Source: Trichosphaerium sp. ATCC 40318
Lineage: Eukaryota; Protista; Tubulinea
Direction of reading: 5' to 3'
NCBI GenBank assembly: GCA_038496445.1
Contig: JALMLS010000138.1
Location: forward strand, 62,001-126,000
DNA: 64,000 nt
Part shown: positions 48,801 through 62,476 of the stretch, piece by piece
Position numbering within the stretch: the stretch's first letter is position 1
Layout of the letters: every line of letters starts with the position of its first letter
The notes under the pieces: generated by a model
Seen by the model: only the letters and a program-made list of their open reading frames with translations
Told to the model about the DNA's origin: nothing
Databases searched by the model: none
Program-made: the position numbers and the translations under genes

Positions 48801-51800
48801 TCTTGGTTGTCTTTTGCTGACAAAGACTAGTGGTAATCAACCAAGATATGAAGTGAGTGGTTTCCAAGGATCAGGAGATTCGTACTCGTTTCAGATTGAT
48901 AAGACAGCTGCTGCGAGTGATACTCAAATGTGTCAACGTGGCACAATCGGTCAGGAGACTTGGCCAATTCCTGTCAATGGCACTGCTATCGCGTGTACTA
49001 CTAGACCAGATTCTCCTGTTGGAGGCTACACTGATGTATCTGGAACACTTGACGTGTTCATCAACGGAACTTTCTCTGATACAACTGTACCATCGAATGA
49101 GTTCGTCGATTTAGGTCAAGGCGGTTCAACAAATGTCGTTTATACAATTGATCAAGCTCGCCCTGAAGTATTTGATGTATGAACGTTTTTTACTTGTAGT
49201 AGTGATCTTATTAATGTTGTGCTTAGTGCGGCGTTGAGTTGTTGGATGGAACACCTCAGAATTTAACTGATTCGCTTGGTATTCAATTTGCTATTGTTTG
49301 TCGTTTCTCTGAACCAGTTATTGATGTACCTGGGCTTGTTGCTCAAGTAAGCGATGGTGGAGACCTTTTTGAGAGTGCAGGTTCTTTTGTGAAGAATTTT
49401 ATCAGCACTTCTGATGGGTATTCAACTGGAAGGTGGGCAGTCAATCTAAAGCCAAAGTAAGTTTGTCTCTCGATAGTGTATTTTCTTATTCTTTTCTTAA
49501 GTGCCAACACTACCTCATTTGTATTCTCTTTGCCTGAGAATGAAGTAACTGATCCCCATGGTCTTGGCTTACTTCCTTACTCCGTAACTATTGGATCTGT
49601 TGACACCACGGGACCAATGATAATTGGCTTTCAAAAAGATCCTGTGACCCACCCAGACGGTAGTGTTGGAGATACTGTAGGATCACCTTTTGCTAAACGC
49701 ATGAGATTTCTGGTCAACTTCTCTGAGCCAGTTGAGTGCGTCTATTACATTATAGAAGAGCCATATGTGTGACTATTAATCTGATCAATTTTCATAGGAC
49801 TCCTGAACCTTCAGCGCTTAGTTTTACTGGATTTCAACCAGGAGATGTTGTTTCACAAGAGTTTACTTTGGATTCAGGAAACAGGTATTTTTGGGATATT
49901 GTCATGGCTGATGGTGTTACTACATCATTTACATTGACTTTTCTTGATAATCCAACCGTTTCAGTCCAAGATTTAGGTACCTAAATGCTTATAGTTTTCT
50001 TGAGGTTTTGTTTCTCTTAAATGTTGTTTGGCTAATTTGTTTTCTTTAAAACAGCGAATCCTTCGAATGGGCTTGAGAGTTTTGGTCCCTTGACTTTCTT
50101 TGTGGATTCTGCTGGTCCAGTTGCTATATCTCCTACATCAGGAGCTGATTCAGTTCGGGTGGTATGAGTTTTCAACACGATTGTGGGTTTTCTCTAACTC
50201 GATTTTTCAAAAAAGGGAGGACAAGCCGAGGAGTTTGACTTTCAAGTATCTTTTTCTGAACCGGTTACTGGGTTTGCTGCATCATCTCTGAATATCACAA
50301 AGTTGGATGGAGTATCTGATACAACGAGTTATACTGTTTCAGAACCAGTATCTTCGAGTAAGACTTGTACCTTTTTAAGAGCCATTTTTTTTTTCTTACT
50401 TTATTACGTAGACGGAGGAAATACTTGGACTTGGACTATATCAGGTGAAAACACTCCTTCAGGTGACGGTAGTCCCATACAGATTACCTTTAACGATGCA
50501 GTATCTTCCACAGTTACCGTGAGTACTGTTATTTTGAACTCAACGGTCAACTTGCTCTATCTAACCTACTTTAAAGGATACGACTGAAGAGAATTTCTTT
50601 GAGTCTACCGGATTAGTTTACAATTATGTATTTGATACTGTTGGACCTACACTCACTTCTATCGATGCTACGTCGTCTGAAGGCCCAGGTGGAGCGTTTT
50701 TAAGATCTAACACAAATATGCCTGTCCACTTGACTTTTGATGAAGTCATCGGTGTAGTTGGCCAATCAAATCAAGGAGAGTTGTTGGCCAGTCATTTCAG
50801 ATTCACTGATCCCGATAACAGTAATGCTGATGTTGATGTATCTTCGTACTTGACTATTCAAAATCCAACTTCTCCAAGTCTTGCTGATAATATAAATTGG
50901 AGAGCGGCAATAGCACTGGATGCTGTACGTGGTGGTAGACTTTTTCTTTTCGTACAAATCAAATCAAACTGTTGAAGCATACTTCTTTTGTTTTTTTTCT
51001 TATTACTATAGGATTCTTGTGTTAATTTTCTTTAGAGCGCTCCTGACGGTCAAAGATTGACTATGAATATTGTTTCAGATGATGGACTTGGATCTAATAT
51101 AACAGATGGTCCTTCTGACGCTCCTTTTGCCGCAAACGTGTTTGATTCTGAGAATAGTGTAACTTATACTTTCACTATTGATACTCAAGTGCGTTTTCTT
51201 CTCTTTTATTCTATCACAACACGTGTGGTTTTTTATGATTTCTTATTACTATAGATACCAACTATTACTACTTTCGAGCCTCAAGAACCCGTTGTTTTCA
51301 GTGTTAGTGGACAAGTTGAGAAGAGATCAAGGAAATTCAATTTTTCTGTGGCTCTTTCTGAAGACATTTTCTTTTTGAGTGCTGCTGAAGCTTTACAATT
51401 TATCACGTGTACCAATAATGCTGAAAATGGTCCTTGTCCTAGTAATGGGAGACCAGCCGTATCAGCTGATACACCTGGAGTTTCAGAAGAATCTGGAAAT
51501 TCTTGGACCTTTGATTTGGAATTTCTTGCTTTGGTATGACATTGTGAAAGGTGGATATCGCCTTACTTATTTGTTATTAGGATGGTGAAGTTACTATTGG
51601 TTATGATGCGAGTGTAGCATCTGATAGAGCAGGAAATAATTTAGCTTCAGATACAGTGTCTTACATTGTAGATATTGATGAGACTCCTCCAGATTTATTT
51701 TGTATGTTTGATGTTGTCAACATGTTTGCAGATTTCTTACTTATTTGTTTAGTGCTTTCGCCTCCTCAAAGCGAAACTCAACCTGGTGTCGTGCCTCTAG

Positions 51801-54800
51801 AAATTATACTCGAGTTCAACGAGGTTGTACAAAGTACGATTGCTCACCTTCTTTGCTTTCTTTTAACTAATATTTGGTTAGATGTTGATGCAAGTGATTT
51901 GACAGCTGATAATTCATCTAAGCTTAACTTTGATGGATTTGTTGCTGGTTCGGATGGTAAATCATATACATGGACTTTCAGTAATTTTGTTGAGAATGGA
52001 GACTACCATTTTCAAGTTGCTGACTCTATCTCAACAAGTATGTGATTTTGTTATATGTTTCTTTTCTAATCTCCCTTATTTAGGTATTACTGATGTTGTC
52101 GAGGGTACTGATGCTACTAGTGGATATCCTGGTATATCTTTAGTATACTCTATCGACTCATCGAATCCGTTCATGATTCAGACAGCGAGTTTTCCAAGAC
52201 CTGAGATTTCTTTCTCTAATGGACTTCTTGGTGTTAATAAACAAGATGGTCAGTGGACGTATACAATTCAGTTTTCTGAAGATGTAAACAATGTCACAGT
52301 ATCTGTACGTCAAACTTCTTGGTTTTTGTAAAGCGGAAAAATCGTACTGACGAGATTTCCTTTGACTTACTTTTTTTTTGTGATTAGAGCATTATTTTAA
52401 CACCAGAAAATAATGTGACTGCTACTCGATCTCCTGATAGTGTAATTGCATTCAACGCACAAACATATGCTTTTGATATTCAAGTTGATTGTGAACCTTC
52501 AGGAAATCCTGCAGAGGGTTGTGAGATTATGTACGTGATTGGCTATTTTCATTTTTTTTTTTCAAATTGATGAATGCTCTGATCAAAGAGCATCGGTTAT
52601 ACACCGTTTTAAGTGGTTATTTGGTTTAACCGTATACTGATTTTTTTTCAGCTGGGCGATTTCTGTAGCTCCTGGAATTGAGGATGATTTTGGGAATGAA
52701 CTTGTTGATCCTCAAGTATTTAGATACATGATGGATTTGAAGGGACCTTCGTACCTTATTAATGAAGTCACACCTTCAAATACGACTATAATAGGATCTT
52801 CTATGGATTTCGTAGCAGTATTTGATGAGAAAGTAACAGGGGTTGAACAGAGTTCGTTCAGTACAACAACAACAGGCGATTTAGTTGTTTCATCTATGTC
52901 AGAATTTACAACTGCACCTTCAGAAGGTTTAACAGAGTTCACTTCAACTATCGTATTTGATGATGAGACAGAAGGAACATTTGATATTTGTCTAAGATTA
53001 ACTTCAGGATCAGATATCACAGATGTTCTAGAACCGTTCGTAAGTCTGCTTTCTTTTTTCTTGCTTTTATTTTGTAACGCAGTTTTTCTTGTTAAGTTGT
53101 GTCTAACTTTTGTTTTTGTTTAGTCTGATTTGAATGAGTTGCAAATAACATCAAATGAGTGTATTTTATTCACTGTTGATGTGAAGAAACCTACAGTAGT
53201 ATCAACAGTAGTCAATAACGATAATGAACCGAAGGACTTCTCATACACAGTTGTGTACGTCTTTTTTTTTTTGAGCTTCACATTTTGATTATCCACTTTT
53301 TTTCCAATCTTCGATCTAACAATCAACCACTTAGATTTTCAGAGCCACTTTCAGTTGCAGAAACATCTTTCTCAGCTGATAGCGAGAATTGTCTTGGTAG
53401 TGTAACTAGAGTCGGTACGCACAAACCGAAGCAAGTGCTATTTTTTAACACAAAAATAGTTGAATCTCCAACAACTTATCGATGGGATGTTGAGACTTTG
53501 GATAATATCAACTGTATTATCACAGCTAGTATACCAACCACAAGTGTTCAGGATCTAGCAACTCCACCAAATTCAATGGTACGTAAAGAAGGTTATTTAT
53601 ACTATTTGACAACGTTCTGATTTCTGTTCTTTTTTTTAAAGGCTTCGGCAGTTTCAGAGGCGATTGTTGTGGATACAAGAAAACCTGAACTTGTTTCTCA
53701 GGCTACTACAATACCAAGCGCTTCTGGATCACTTGGTGAATCGTTTGACGTTGTTTTGACATTTAATGAGGCTATTGGCAGCGTCACTACTTCAGATTTA
53801 GTTCCTTCTGGTATTTCTGGAACAACGGTTAGTAGTGTTTCCTTTGCGAATACACTTGGACTTTCTGGACCTTTAGTGAATCAAGCTACATTCACTATTG
53901 ATAATACAGAATCTGGAGTACTTAATCTCACATTACCTGCAGATGGTACGTTAACAAAGAAGGCAGAACTTTCAATATTGTTTTTTTTCTCCAATTAATT
54001 TTTTTCAAAGCTGTTCTTGATGTCGCTTCTGTTCCTAATGGTAATGAACAAATTGAAATCAGTTATACCATTGATGTGTCTCAACCACAAGTGATCAATT
54101 CTTCATTTGCAAATGACGCTCATCTATCAACTGGATTCACGTGGACATTAACTTTTGATGAGTCTCTTGATTCACCGAATGTTACTCCTGTTATCGTTCC
54201 TTCAGATCCTAGTATATCTATTATACAGAGTGGTTTTTCTGCTAATACTATAGATTTTACAGTGGATGCTCAGAGTGGAGTTGATTTAGTTTATAATATT
54301 TCTATTCCTGACAGTAGTGTATCAGACACTGCAAACCCTGCGAACGGAAATGAGGCTTTTGATATTTCCTTTCGTGTTGATACAACTCGACCTACTGTTT
54401 CTTTTGAGCCTACTTATTTGGTTCAGCGAGGGGCCTTTGAGCTTGTCGCTGTATTTTCCGAGCCTGTTAATAATGTCCAAAGTACGTTTTATACGAGAAG
54501 ATGTAGGGTTTTTTTTCTTACTTTTTTCTTAGCTTCTTGCTTGAGTATTATCTCACCTGAATCCGTTGTTATTGGCGCTATATCAATAAATGTTGATCGT
54601 ACTAGATTCACATGGCCATTGAATTTTACAGTTTCTACAAATGAAGATATTACAGCTGATGTACAACTACTGAATAGCGGCTCTTGTAACAACATTCACG
54701 ATGATGCCTCCCCAGGTACTTCTTTTTTCTTGTAAAACCGAGGCAGCTGCAAGACAAATGAGGGCCTTCAAATTGTAAAATTTCGTTAAAATCTCGCAAT

Positions 54801-57800
54801 AATGACTCAGAAAACTGCAATGAATTCTCTTGATCATTGCTAATGCTGCATCATATTTTTTTTTTGTATCGAATTTGGCAACTCCTTGACCTTCTTGTTT
54901 AGTAAATAACTTCTTGGATAATTCTGGTGCTGTCACATACACTATTGACAGAGCACCACCTATTGTTGATGAAACAGCTGGAACAAGTGGTTTTATCACA
55001 CCTTCAGATCCAACTGCTGGACATCCTGACAATGTTGTGTTTACAATGCGTTTTACAGAGGAAGTTCAAAACGTTGTTTCAGAATCTCTTGAACAAGTTG
55101 GTGGTACTGGAAGCTTGGAATCAGCTACTCTATTATCATCACCAGATAATAGAACGTTTTCATGGGTTTTAGTATTTAACGTTTCAGGTCCAGTTGTTCT
55201 GCAGGTAAACGTTGCTTTTTGTTTTTCTTCCCTTTCCTTTTTAGTCCTTTTTTTTTGTTGCTTTCTCGTTGTTCCTTCAGTGCTCCTTATAACCTACGAT
55301 TGAAACTACTTGAATTCTATTGGTTTAGTTTATGAACGATGATTCTTATGTTTGTTTAGATAACTGATGATAATATTGTTGATTTCGCTGGAATTCCAAA
55401 TGCATTTGATGTTTCAAGCGCTTATGAGTTTAACCTCAATACTGACTTTAGACCACCTATAGTAGTAGCCTTTGACCCTCCTGAAACTCAAATTCTGGAG
55501 AATAGTCTTAACTTGTTGGTTACCTTTGACACTGTACGTCTTAACGTCTTTCATTTTTGTGCTGATAGACCCTTGGTTTTCTTTCCTTAGTGGCTTAGTT
55601 GCTCACTAAATATCTCTTTAGGCTGTGAGTATTACAGCAGACCCTATTGTAATTACATACATTGATGGTGCTGAAGGAACTATCATTGGTAATACGTTAT
55701 CTGGTAACGATGGACAATCTCTTTTGTTCCGTTTGGCGTTTACAAGAGGAGGTAATGTAAGCATTGCGCTGGTGCCTGGTTCTCTAAGGGATAGAGCTCT
55801 TACTCCTAACATATACAATAGTGTACGTATTTTTGAACTGATAAATAACTGAACTTATCACGTGCCGTAACATAACACAGTACCAAACAATCATTTTTTT
55901 TGTTTTGTTCTGACTTTTTTCTTATAAATTGTATTTAGACTGACACGTTCAACTTTATTATTGATGATATTTCTGCTCCTATTATTGAGAGTTATACACC
56001 CATTGCTGAAAATAGACCTGGTATTCGTGTTCCTCTTAACCTCACTATGAGCGTTAATTTCGATGAAACTGTTACTGGTGTAACATCAAACGATTTGGTC
56101 ATTTCAAACAGTTTGGCTGGTACTGTAAGGCTAGCTGATGGACAAGATAGTTCAACAGTAGCTCAGAACTTCACTTATGAAGTGAATTTCCAAGAAGAAG
56201 GAGAAGTAGAAATGGTTATGAATGCAGGTTCTATTGTTGATACTTCTGCTCGAACTGGAGAGAATCCTTTTGCTGGAGGAGATCCTTTCTTCTATCTAGT
56301 AGATAACACCCCTCCTTCCTGTTTTTCAACGCCCGTTTCTGGTCAAACATTACCTTCTAGTCTTGTTTGGACTGTTGTTTGCAATGAACCTCTTGTTGTA
56401 AGTCTTCTTTTTCTTTCTTCTTTTTTTTCTTTTTCTTGAAGTCTGACACTTTTTAAGGAACAAGGAGGTTCAGAATTAAGTGCTACAAGCGCTTTACTTG
56501 ATGGTACTGCTGTTGCAAGTGGTTTGCCTACATTCTCGTCGTCTCCTTCAGGAAATACATTCACCTATGAATGGACCTTTGCGTTCAACACATCTGGTAC
56601 TGCAAACTTGTCTCTGGGACTATCTCCGCTAGTTGAAGATACCGTTTACTTCAGAGCAAACCCACTCACTGCTATAACCAATCTATATAACATTGACAGA
56701 ACGCAGCCAGAGATCATTGGTATGTTACTTTTATTTCGCTGTTTCTTTGCATAATTCTTCTTTCTAGATATTTCTCCTCAGGAGAACTTTAACTACCCAG
56801 CTTCGTTCAACTTATCAGTCATTTTCGATGAACCTGTGGCTTCTCTATCAATAGCATCTCTTTCACTATCTCTAGATGGTGCTGTAGGTACAAAACAAAC
56901 CACAAACTTGATTAAACGAAAACTATAAGGGTTACTTATATGCTTTATTTTAGGTGTTGTACAAGACTACTTTTCTCCTGTTGCCAACTCCAGCGATTTA
57001 TCTGCTGGGCCTTATACATGGTCTCTGCAGTTTACTCAGGGAGGTAACATGTCTGCAGAAGTATTAGGAGTAGGTGTACTTGATGCAACATCTAATGTGT
57101 TCATTGGATCAAGACAGTATGATTATCATATTGATTTAACCCCGCCTGTTGCTTCTGTTGCGCCAAGTGTTAACGCAAGTTCTCCTCAAAACATAGGAGC
57201 AGATAATAACTTTACCATCCAAGTAGTATTTGATGAAGATGTGCGTTAAGCAAAAACTTTTGGTTTGACAAAGGAGGTTTTTGCTAAATAACTTTATAGG
57301 TTAACAATGTCGAAGATCAAGTGTTGGATGTAACACCTGACATCATATTGAACAGAGATTTTGAAGCTTTGTCACCTTCGGTGTATCAATGGACTTTTGA
57401 GTTACCTTCAGATGTAAATGAGACTATAGTACTTGGTATCACAAACCATTCTATCAGCGACAACACTGTTGTGCGTTCATCTTTGTTTACCTTTTTTCCA
57501 AGCCTTTTGGATACAAAATTGAGCTTTGCTTTCTTTTCTTATTGTCACCGTGGTACCACAATCACGTGATAATACAATCGGATTTTGTTGTTGTTATGAA
57601 CAAGTCTTGCTTATGATAATGCGTTAGGGAGCACCCAACTTATATGCAGGAAACGCTGAACTTGCTACTATTACACTTGATAATCTTAAACCTACAGTTT
57701 TATCTGAGACTCCTCTTGACCAATCTCGTCAACCAATATCTTTCTTGGTTACTAAAGAGTTCTCAGAGGATGTTATTGGTGTATCAGAAACTGACTTAAC

Positions 57801-60800
57801 TTTCTTGGTTGTATGCAAACACCTTTTTGCGATGTTTTCTTTCCTGACTTTTTCTCCTTTTAGGCGAATCCACCTAGTGTTGAATTATTCAGTGGACCAA
57901 TCCCTAGAAGCTCGTATACATGGAATGTCACGTTCCCTCCAAGTATTGCAACGGAGACTGCTATAATGTCGTTTGACGGTAGAAACGTTACTGATCTGTC
58001 AAACCCTCCAAACCCACTTCAAAATACTTCAGTATCTCTTACTACGTTAATAATTGATAATGAAGCACCACAATTACTCACAAAGCGTACTATACCTGCT
58101 ACTAGTGGGAGAATAAATTCTCCATTCCAAATAGTAGTAGACTTCTCAGAAAACGTAACAAACGTGTCTCAAGGTAGCGCAATTTTTTTTAGAGTATTTC
58201 TTAAAAAATTCTTGCTTATTCCTTCATAGATAACATGGTACTTTCGGGTACCGCTGCATCTCTTTGCAGTGTTGGAGGAACTTTTGGTGAAGGTATAGGT
58301 TCTTCTTTTACATGGAATGTCAGTTGTCCGCCTTCAATTGAAGGTTCTCTTTCATTTAATGTTGTTCCGGATAATATCACTGATAGTTCTGAGTCACCTT
58401 TTGTATTTAATGGAACACAACCAAACTTTGAGTTGGTTGTAGATACTAGAACACCTGTAATTGTCCCAGGATCGTACGTCATGACTACTTTATGTCTTTT
58501 AACAAACCTCTTTTCTTAATTTTTACTAGGGTGAGACCACCTCTTGGTACTGTTTTGAACTTGAACGCTGATCCTATTTGCTTCAATTTATCAGAGGTAA
58601 GTATTGTGTTGTATTTTATGTTAAAAGTTATTCCTCCTCCTTGATTTGGACACGTGGTTATTGCTCTTCATGACTTACTTTTTTTTTTTGTTTTAGCCAG
58701 TTCAAAACCTCAATAGATCTGATGCTTTGTCTATTATTGGTTCTGGTAATCCTAGTTCTTTAGCATTACCAGTTACTGATGGTGTCATGTATTGCTGGGA
58801 ACCTCAGTGGACTCCTAGTCAACAAGAGAATGTACGGCACATAACCAGTTTGATTTTTTGCGTTTAAGGTTCTTACTTTCGTTTTAGGGTACCGTTACAA
58901 TCAGTGTACCTGATAGTGTTGAGGATTTCGCTTTACCACCTAATGTTGTTGATCCATCTTCTCTTGTTTTTGAGTATACAACAGATTTGAAACCACCAAC
59001 AATAACTTCTGTTGAAACAACACCTCCTGGTTCATCACATGGCTTAGCCTTCCAGATGGCCCTGGAATTCAGTGAGCCTGTTACTGGAATTACGACTGAC
59101 AGTGTACCAAGAATATCTCATACAGGCACGTGTTTTTGAGTATTTCGGTGGCAGGCTTTGTCTTTCAAAACGATTCGAATGGAAAAGTCGTTCTTATTCT
59201 TCTTAAGGCACTTCTGTTGTTAGTACACCTGTGTCTTCTGATGGAGGTAAAAAATGGAGTTTCGCTGTTGAGAGTAGTGCCTTTGGAACAGCTCAAATGT
59301 TCTTTAATGGCTCAGGCGTTACAGATTTATCCGGAAATGCACCTGAAGACTCTTTCCTTACAGCAATTAATATCATAGACACTCTTAATCCTAGAGTTGC
59401 TCTTTTTGGTTGCGAAGAGGAAGTAACTCTTGGTGAAGGACCACATAACTTTACTATACTGTTTTCAAAACCAGTACAACCTCAATTCTCAGCAGAACAT
59501 ATCGATTCTACTGGTACGATTTAGCATTTAGAAACAAAAACATCACTACCTCTTTTTTTCAACTTCTAATTAAAGCCACTTTTTTTGGTGTTATCACAAT
59601 ATTTCACACTACTTGTTGCACTGCTTTAATCGTGTTCAAAACTTGTAGCACGCAATTCAGATTGAAACAGAAAAAGTTTGACTTCTTCTTTTTTTTCTTT
59701 GTTCGACTTTTGCCACGTTTTCTTGTTTAACCTTTTTCTCGTTTTTAGTGCCTTTCACGTATCTTGGTTTTGAAATGAGGACACCTTCTGCTCTTACATT
59801 CACTATTCAATTCAATGAAAGTGCAAAAGATGCGTACTTGACAGTAGGTCATAACGCAAATGCTACAATCACAGATTTCTTTGGAAACAACATTGTTGCA
59901 GCAAATTCTACTCTTTTTGATGTAGACATTGAGCCTATTCGTCTTCTTATTGTTACCCCTGATCTAAATAATGGAAGTACGCCTTCTGAGAGGATCACAG
60001 GAAGTACACCAACGCTCTCATTCACGTTTTCGAAGCCTACAACTTTTTCAGCAAGCGAAATTTCACTGCCTGCAAATAGCTCCCTTTCTCTTGTTTCAGT
60101 CTCTGCTATCACGTCTGATTACATAACTTATGATGTCAGCTTCGAGTTTGATGCTAGCAGTATAGCAACATCAAAACGTGCTTCAGAGCAATCTACGGCA
60201 GTTGACATTGATTACAGTGGAGCAATTCCAAACTCCGGAAGTGGTTCTATTTCCATCAATATTGACCCTGTGGATGTTGTTATGACAACTGTACCTGATT
60301 TATCATCTATAACTACTATTGGTGCTTCTGTTAATGTAACTATGGATTTTGGTAAAGATGTCCCAGCTCCTATTGTACGTTTATCACACGAAACACCATT
60401 CCTGTTATTTTCTTAACTTTTCTTTTTTTAAAGGTGTTTGCTTCTTGCTTTAATGGATCACGTTGGGAAATTGATCTTCATTCTACAGCTCCTAATTCAT
60501 ATTTCACATTCACTACACCTTCTCCGGATTCTTTTGATAGATATGTTTGTGGATTAGTCGAGTTTGAAATAAATTTCGGATACTATGCAAATAGGAAAGA
60601 TGTTAATAGACCTGTTTATGGTGGATATGTCATTGATAATGGTAAACCTGTATTGGATGAATTATCAACAGATCAACCTCAAGGTATTGTAAATGATACT
60701 GTGGTTGTTACACTCGCGTTCAGTGAACCCGTCAATGGATTTGGTCCGGATGACATTGAACTCTTCCGTAAGTTGTTTTTTTTTCTGAATTTTGGTCGTT

Positions 60801-61947
60801 TGTTTTTTGGCTTATTGTTTTCGTTAGCTCTTGGATCTTTTGTTATGGGTATAGAGTCTTCAGATAACCAAACATATGAAGTTACTGTGTTTGTACCAAG
60901 GCCAGAACTTGGTAAAAATGAAACGTTTTCTTTCAGAGTGCTTGGCACTTCTACAGTTGATGAAGCTGGAAACAGCTTTGATGTCTCTGCTGGGACATTC
61001 TCAGTTGTTAATGAACCAATAAAACTGACGCCGATAACTGTACGTCTTTGATACAAACTATCACACCGTCAATACTGACTGACTACCATTAGGGCAATCC
61101 TGACAATGATAACTTCCCTTGGTGGCTTATTATCCTCTTAATCGTGATTATAGTCATTCTGCTTTGTCTTACTTGCTGTCTGTTTGTGTGTTGTTTGTAT
61201 GAGAGAAGACGTCGTAGACGTTGTCCTAAGAAGGGTGAAGAAGAAGAAGATAGTGAAGAAGAAAAGACTCAAGATGCAAACGCAACTAATGAAGTAATGA
61301 GTTCTCAGAAGCATAAGGTTATAAACCCTACTCTTGAGTCTTACTCAACAGAAGTATCAGACGATGATGACGAATTATCAGACTCTATAGATAACTATGA
61401 AACAGCCTCTCACTCATCTGGAATGCCTGGTACGCTTCTTTTTTGAGAAAAATAGTTGGGCGATATTTTCTGGAATTTTACCTGCTTTCTTCATATTTTT
61501 CCTCTTTATTGCCTCGTTTTTTTTTCAAGTACTTATTTTATTGTTACAGCATTTGGCAAAGAACATAATCGTGGATGGGCAAATGGCGTCAGGAATAAGA
61601 GTGACAAGAGTGAGTCTGATGATGCAAGTTTTATGAGTTTTTCAGATTACGATGATGGAGGTCAAAAACAGACAGAGTCTACCTCTCATACAGCAACACA
61701 GGAGAATGACGACTATGAATCTAAGGATTATGATTTATCTCCTGGAGGAGGTCGTAAAGATACGTTTGACATTGATACAAGCGAACAGGTTCAAAGCCAT
61801 GTTACAGAACAAACTAATGATTCACGTGATGACGATGAGGATGTTGATAATGTATCAGATGAGCCTGATTCTTTCAGTGAGTATTCAAATACAGAGGGTG
61901 AGTCTTATGACTCTAAAAATGAATATAGTTCAATGACATATGATTAA
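45872..61947 (+). CDS. Giant type-I membrane protein with ~30 tandem bacterial-Ig-like (Big_12/Big_13-like) domains; roughly 60 exons and ~3,500-4,000 aa (estimates)
   Basis: Signal-like VIVLILATICLQ; recurring DxxxP...F(S/D/N)E(P/D)V...(W/Y)xW...V/IxDxxxN units (about 31 FSEP-type motifs counted). TM FPWWLIILLIVIIVILLCLTCCLFVCCLY plus RRRRRR, then an acidic Ser-rich tail ending SMTYD*. The junctions I checked are in phase. Confidence 0.85.
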
Positions 61948-62476
61948 TTTCATGATTTGTAAAACTGTATCTAATGTACTATTTTGTAAATACAATTTTG
62001 TTTAAACCAAAGTTCTACAATATCTATCTGTGCCATTTGTCTATGCAAGTTATGTTTGAAACAGTGAAGTAATAGAAGTTGACTTGAAGAATATTCAATT
62101 TAACATTAAGATGCACCAGAAAATGCAACGACATTGTCTATTTCTAGTAATTGCAAGACTTTCAAGACTTAGTTCAACATGTATCTATTCTCCAATGTTA
62201 CGGTAAATTATGTTTCGCGATCATATGTCTACTTTGAAAAACCCTGACAGAATCGTGTTGTTTGTTTCGGTATATTGATGACTAATGATCATGGATAACA
62301 AGTGTTGGATTAACGATCATGGAGCAATTGGTGGATTTAGCGAAAAAGAAATGAGGTAAATAGTTTATGATACTTTAGTTCAGTGAATCAGTAGACTTAA
62401 AATCGATGTAAGTGCATTCAAAACCAAATTACAAAACCTCAACCAACAACAAACCTCATCTTCAAACAAACAACAA

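Noticed and set aside
52567-52640. TGATGA...CTGA in an intron of the giant gene, as a snoRNA
   Set aside because: The final CTGA coincides with the likely branch point next to the acceptor, and the interior is better explained as an intron hairpin.
45872-61947. Bacterial contaminant or CRISPR/tandem DNA repeat
   Set aside because: The locus has dozens of spliceosomal introns and adjoins UAP56; its repeats exist only at the protein level.
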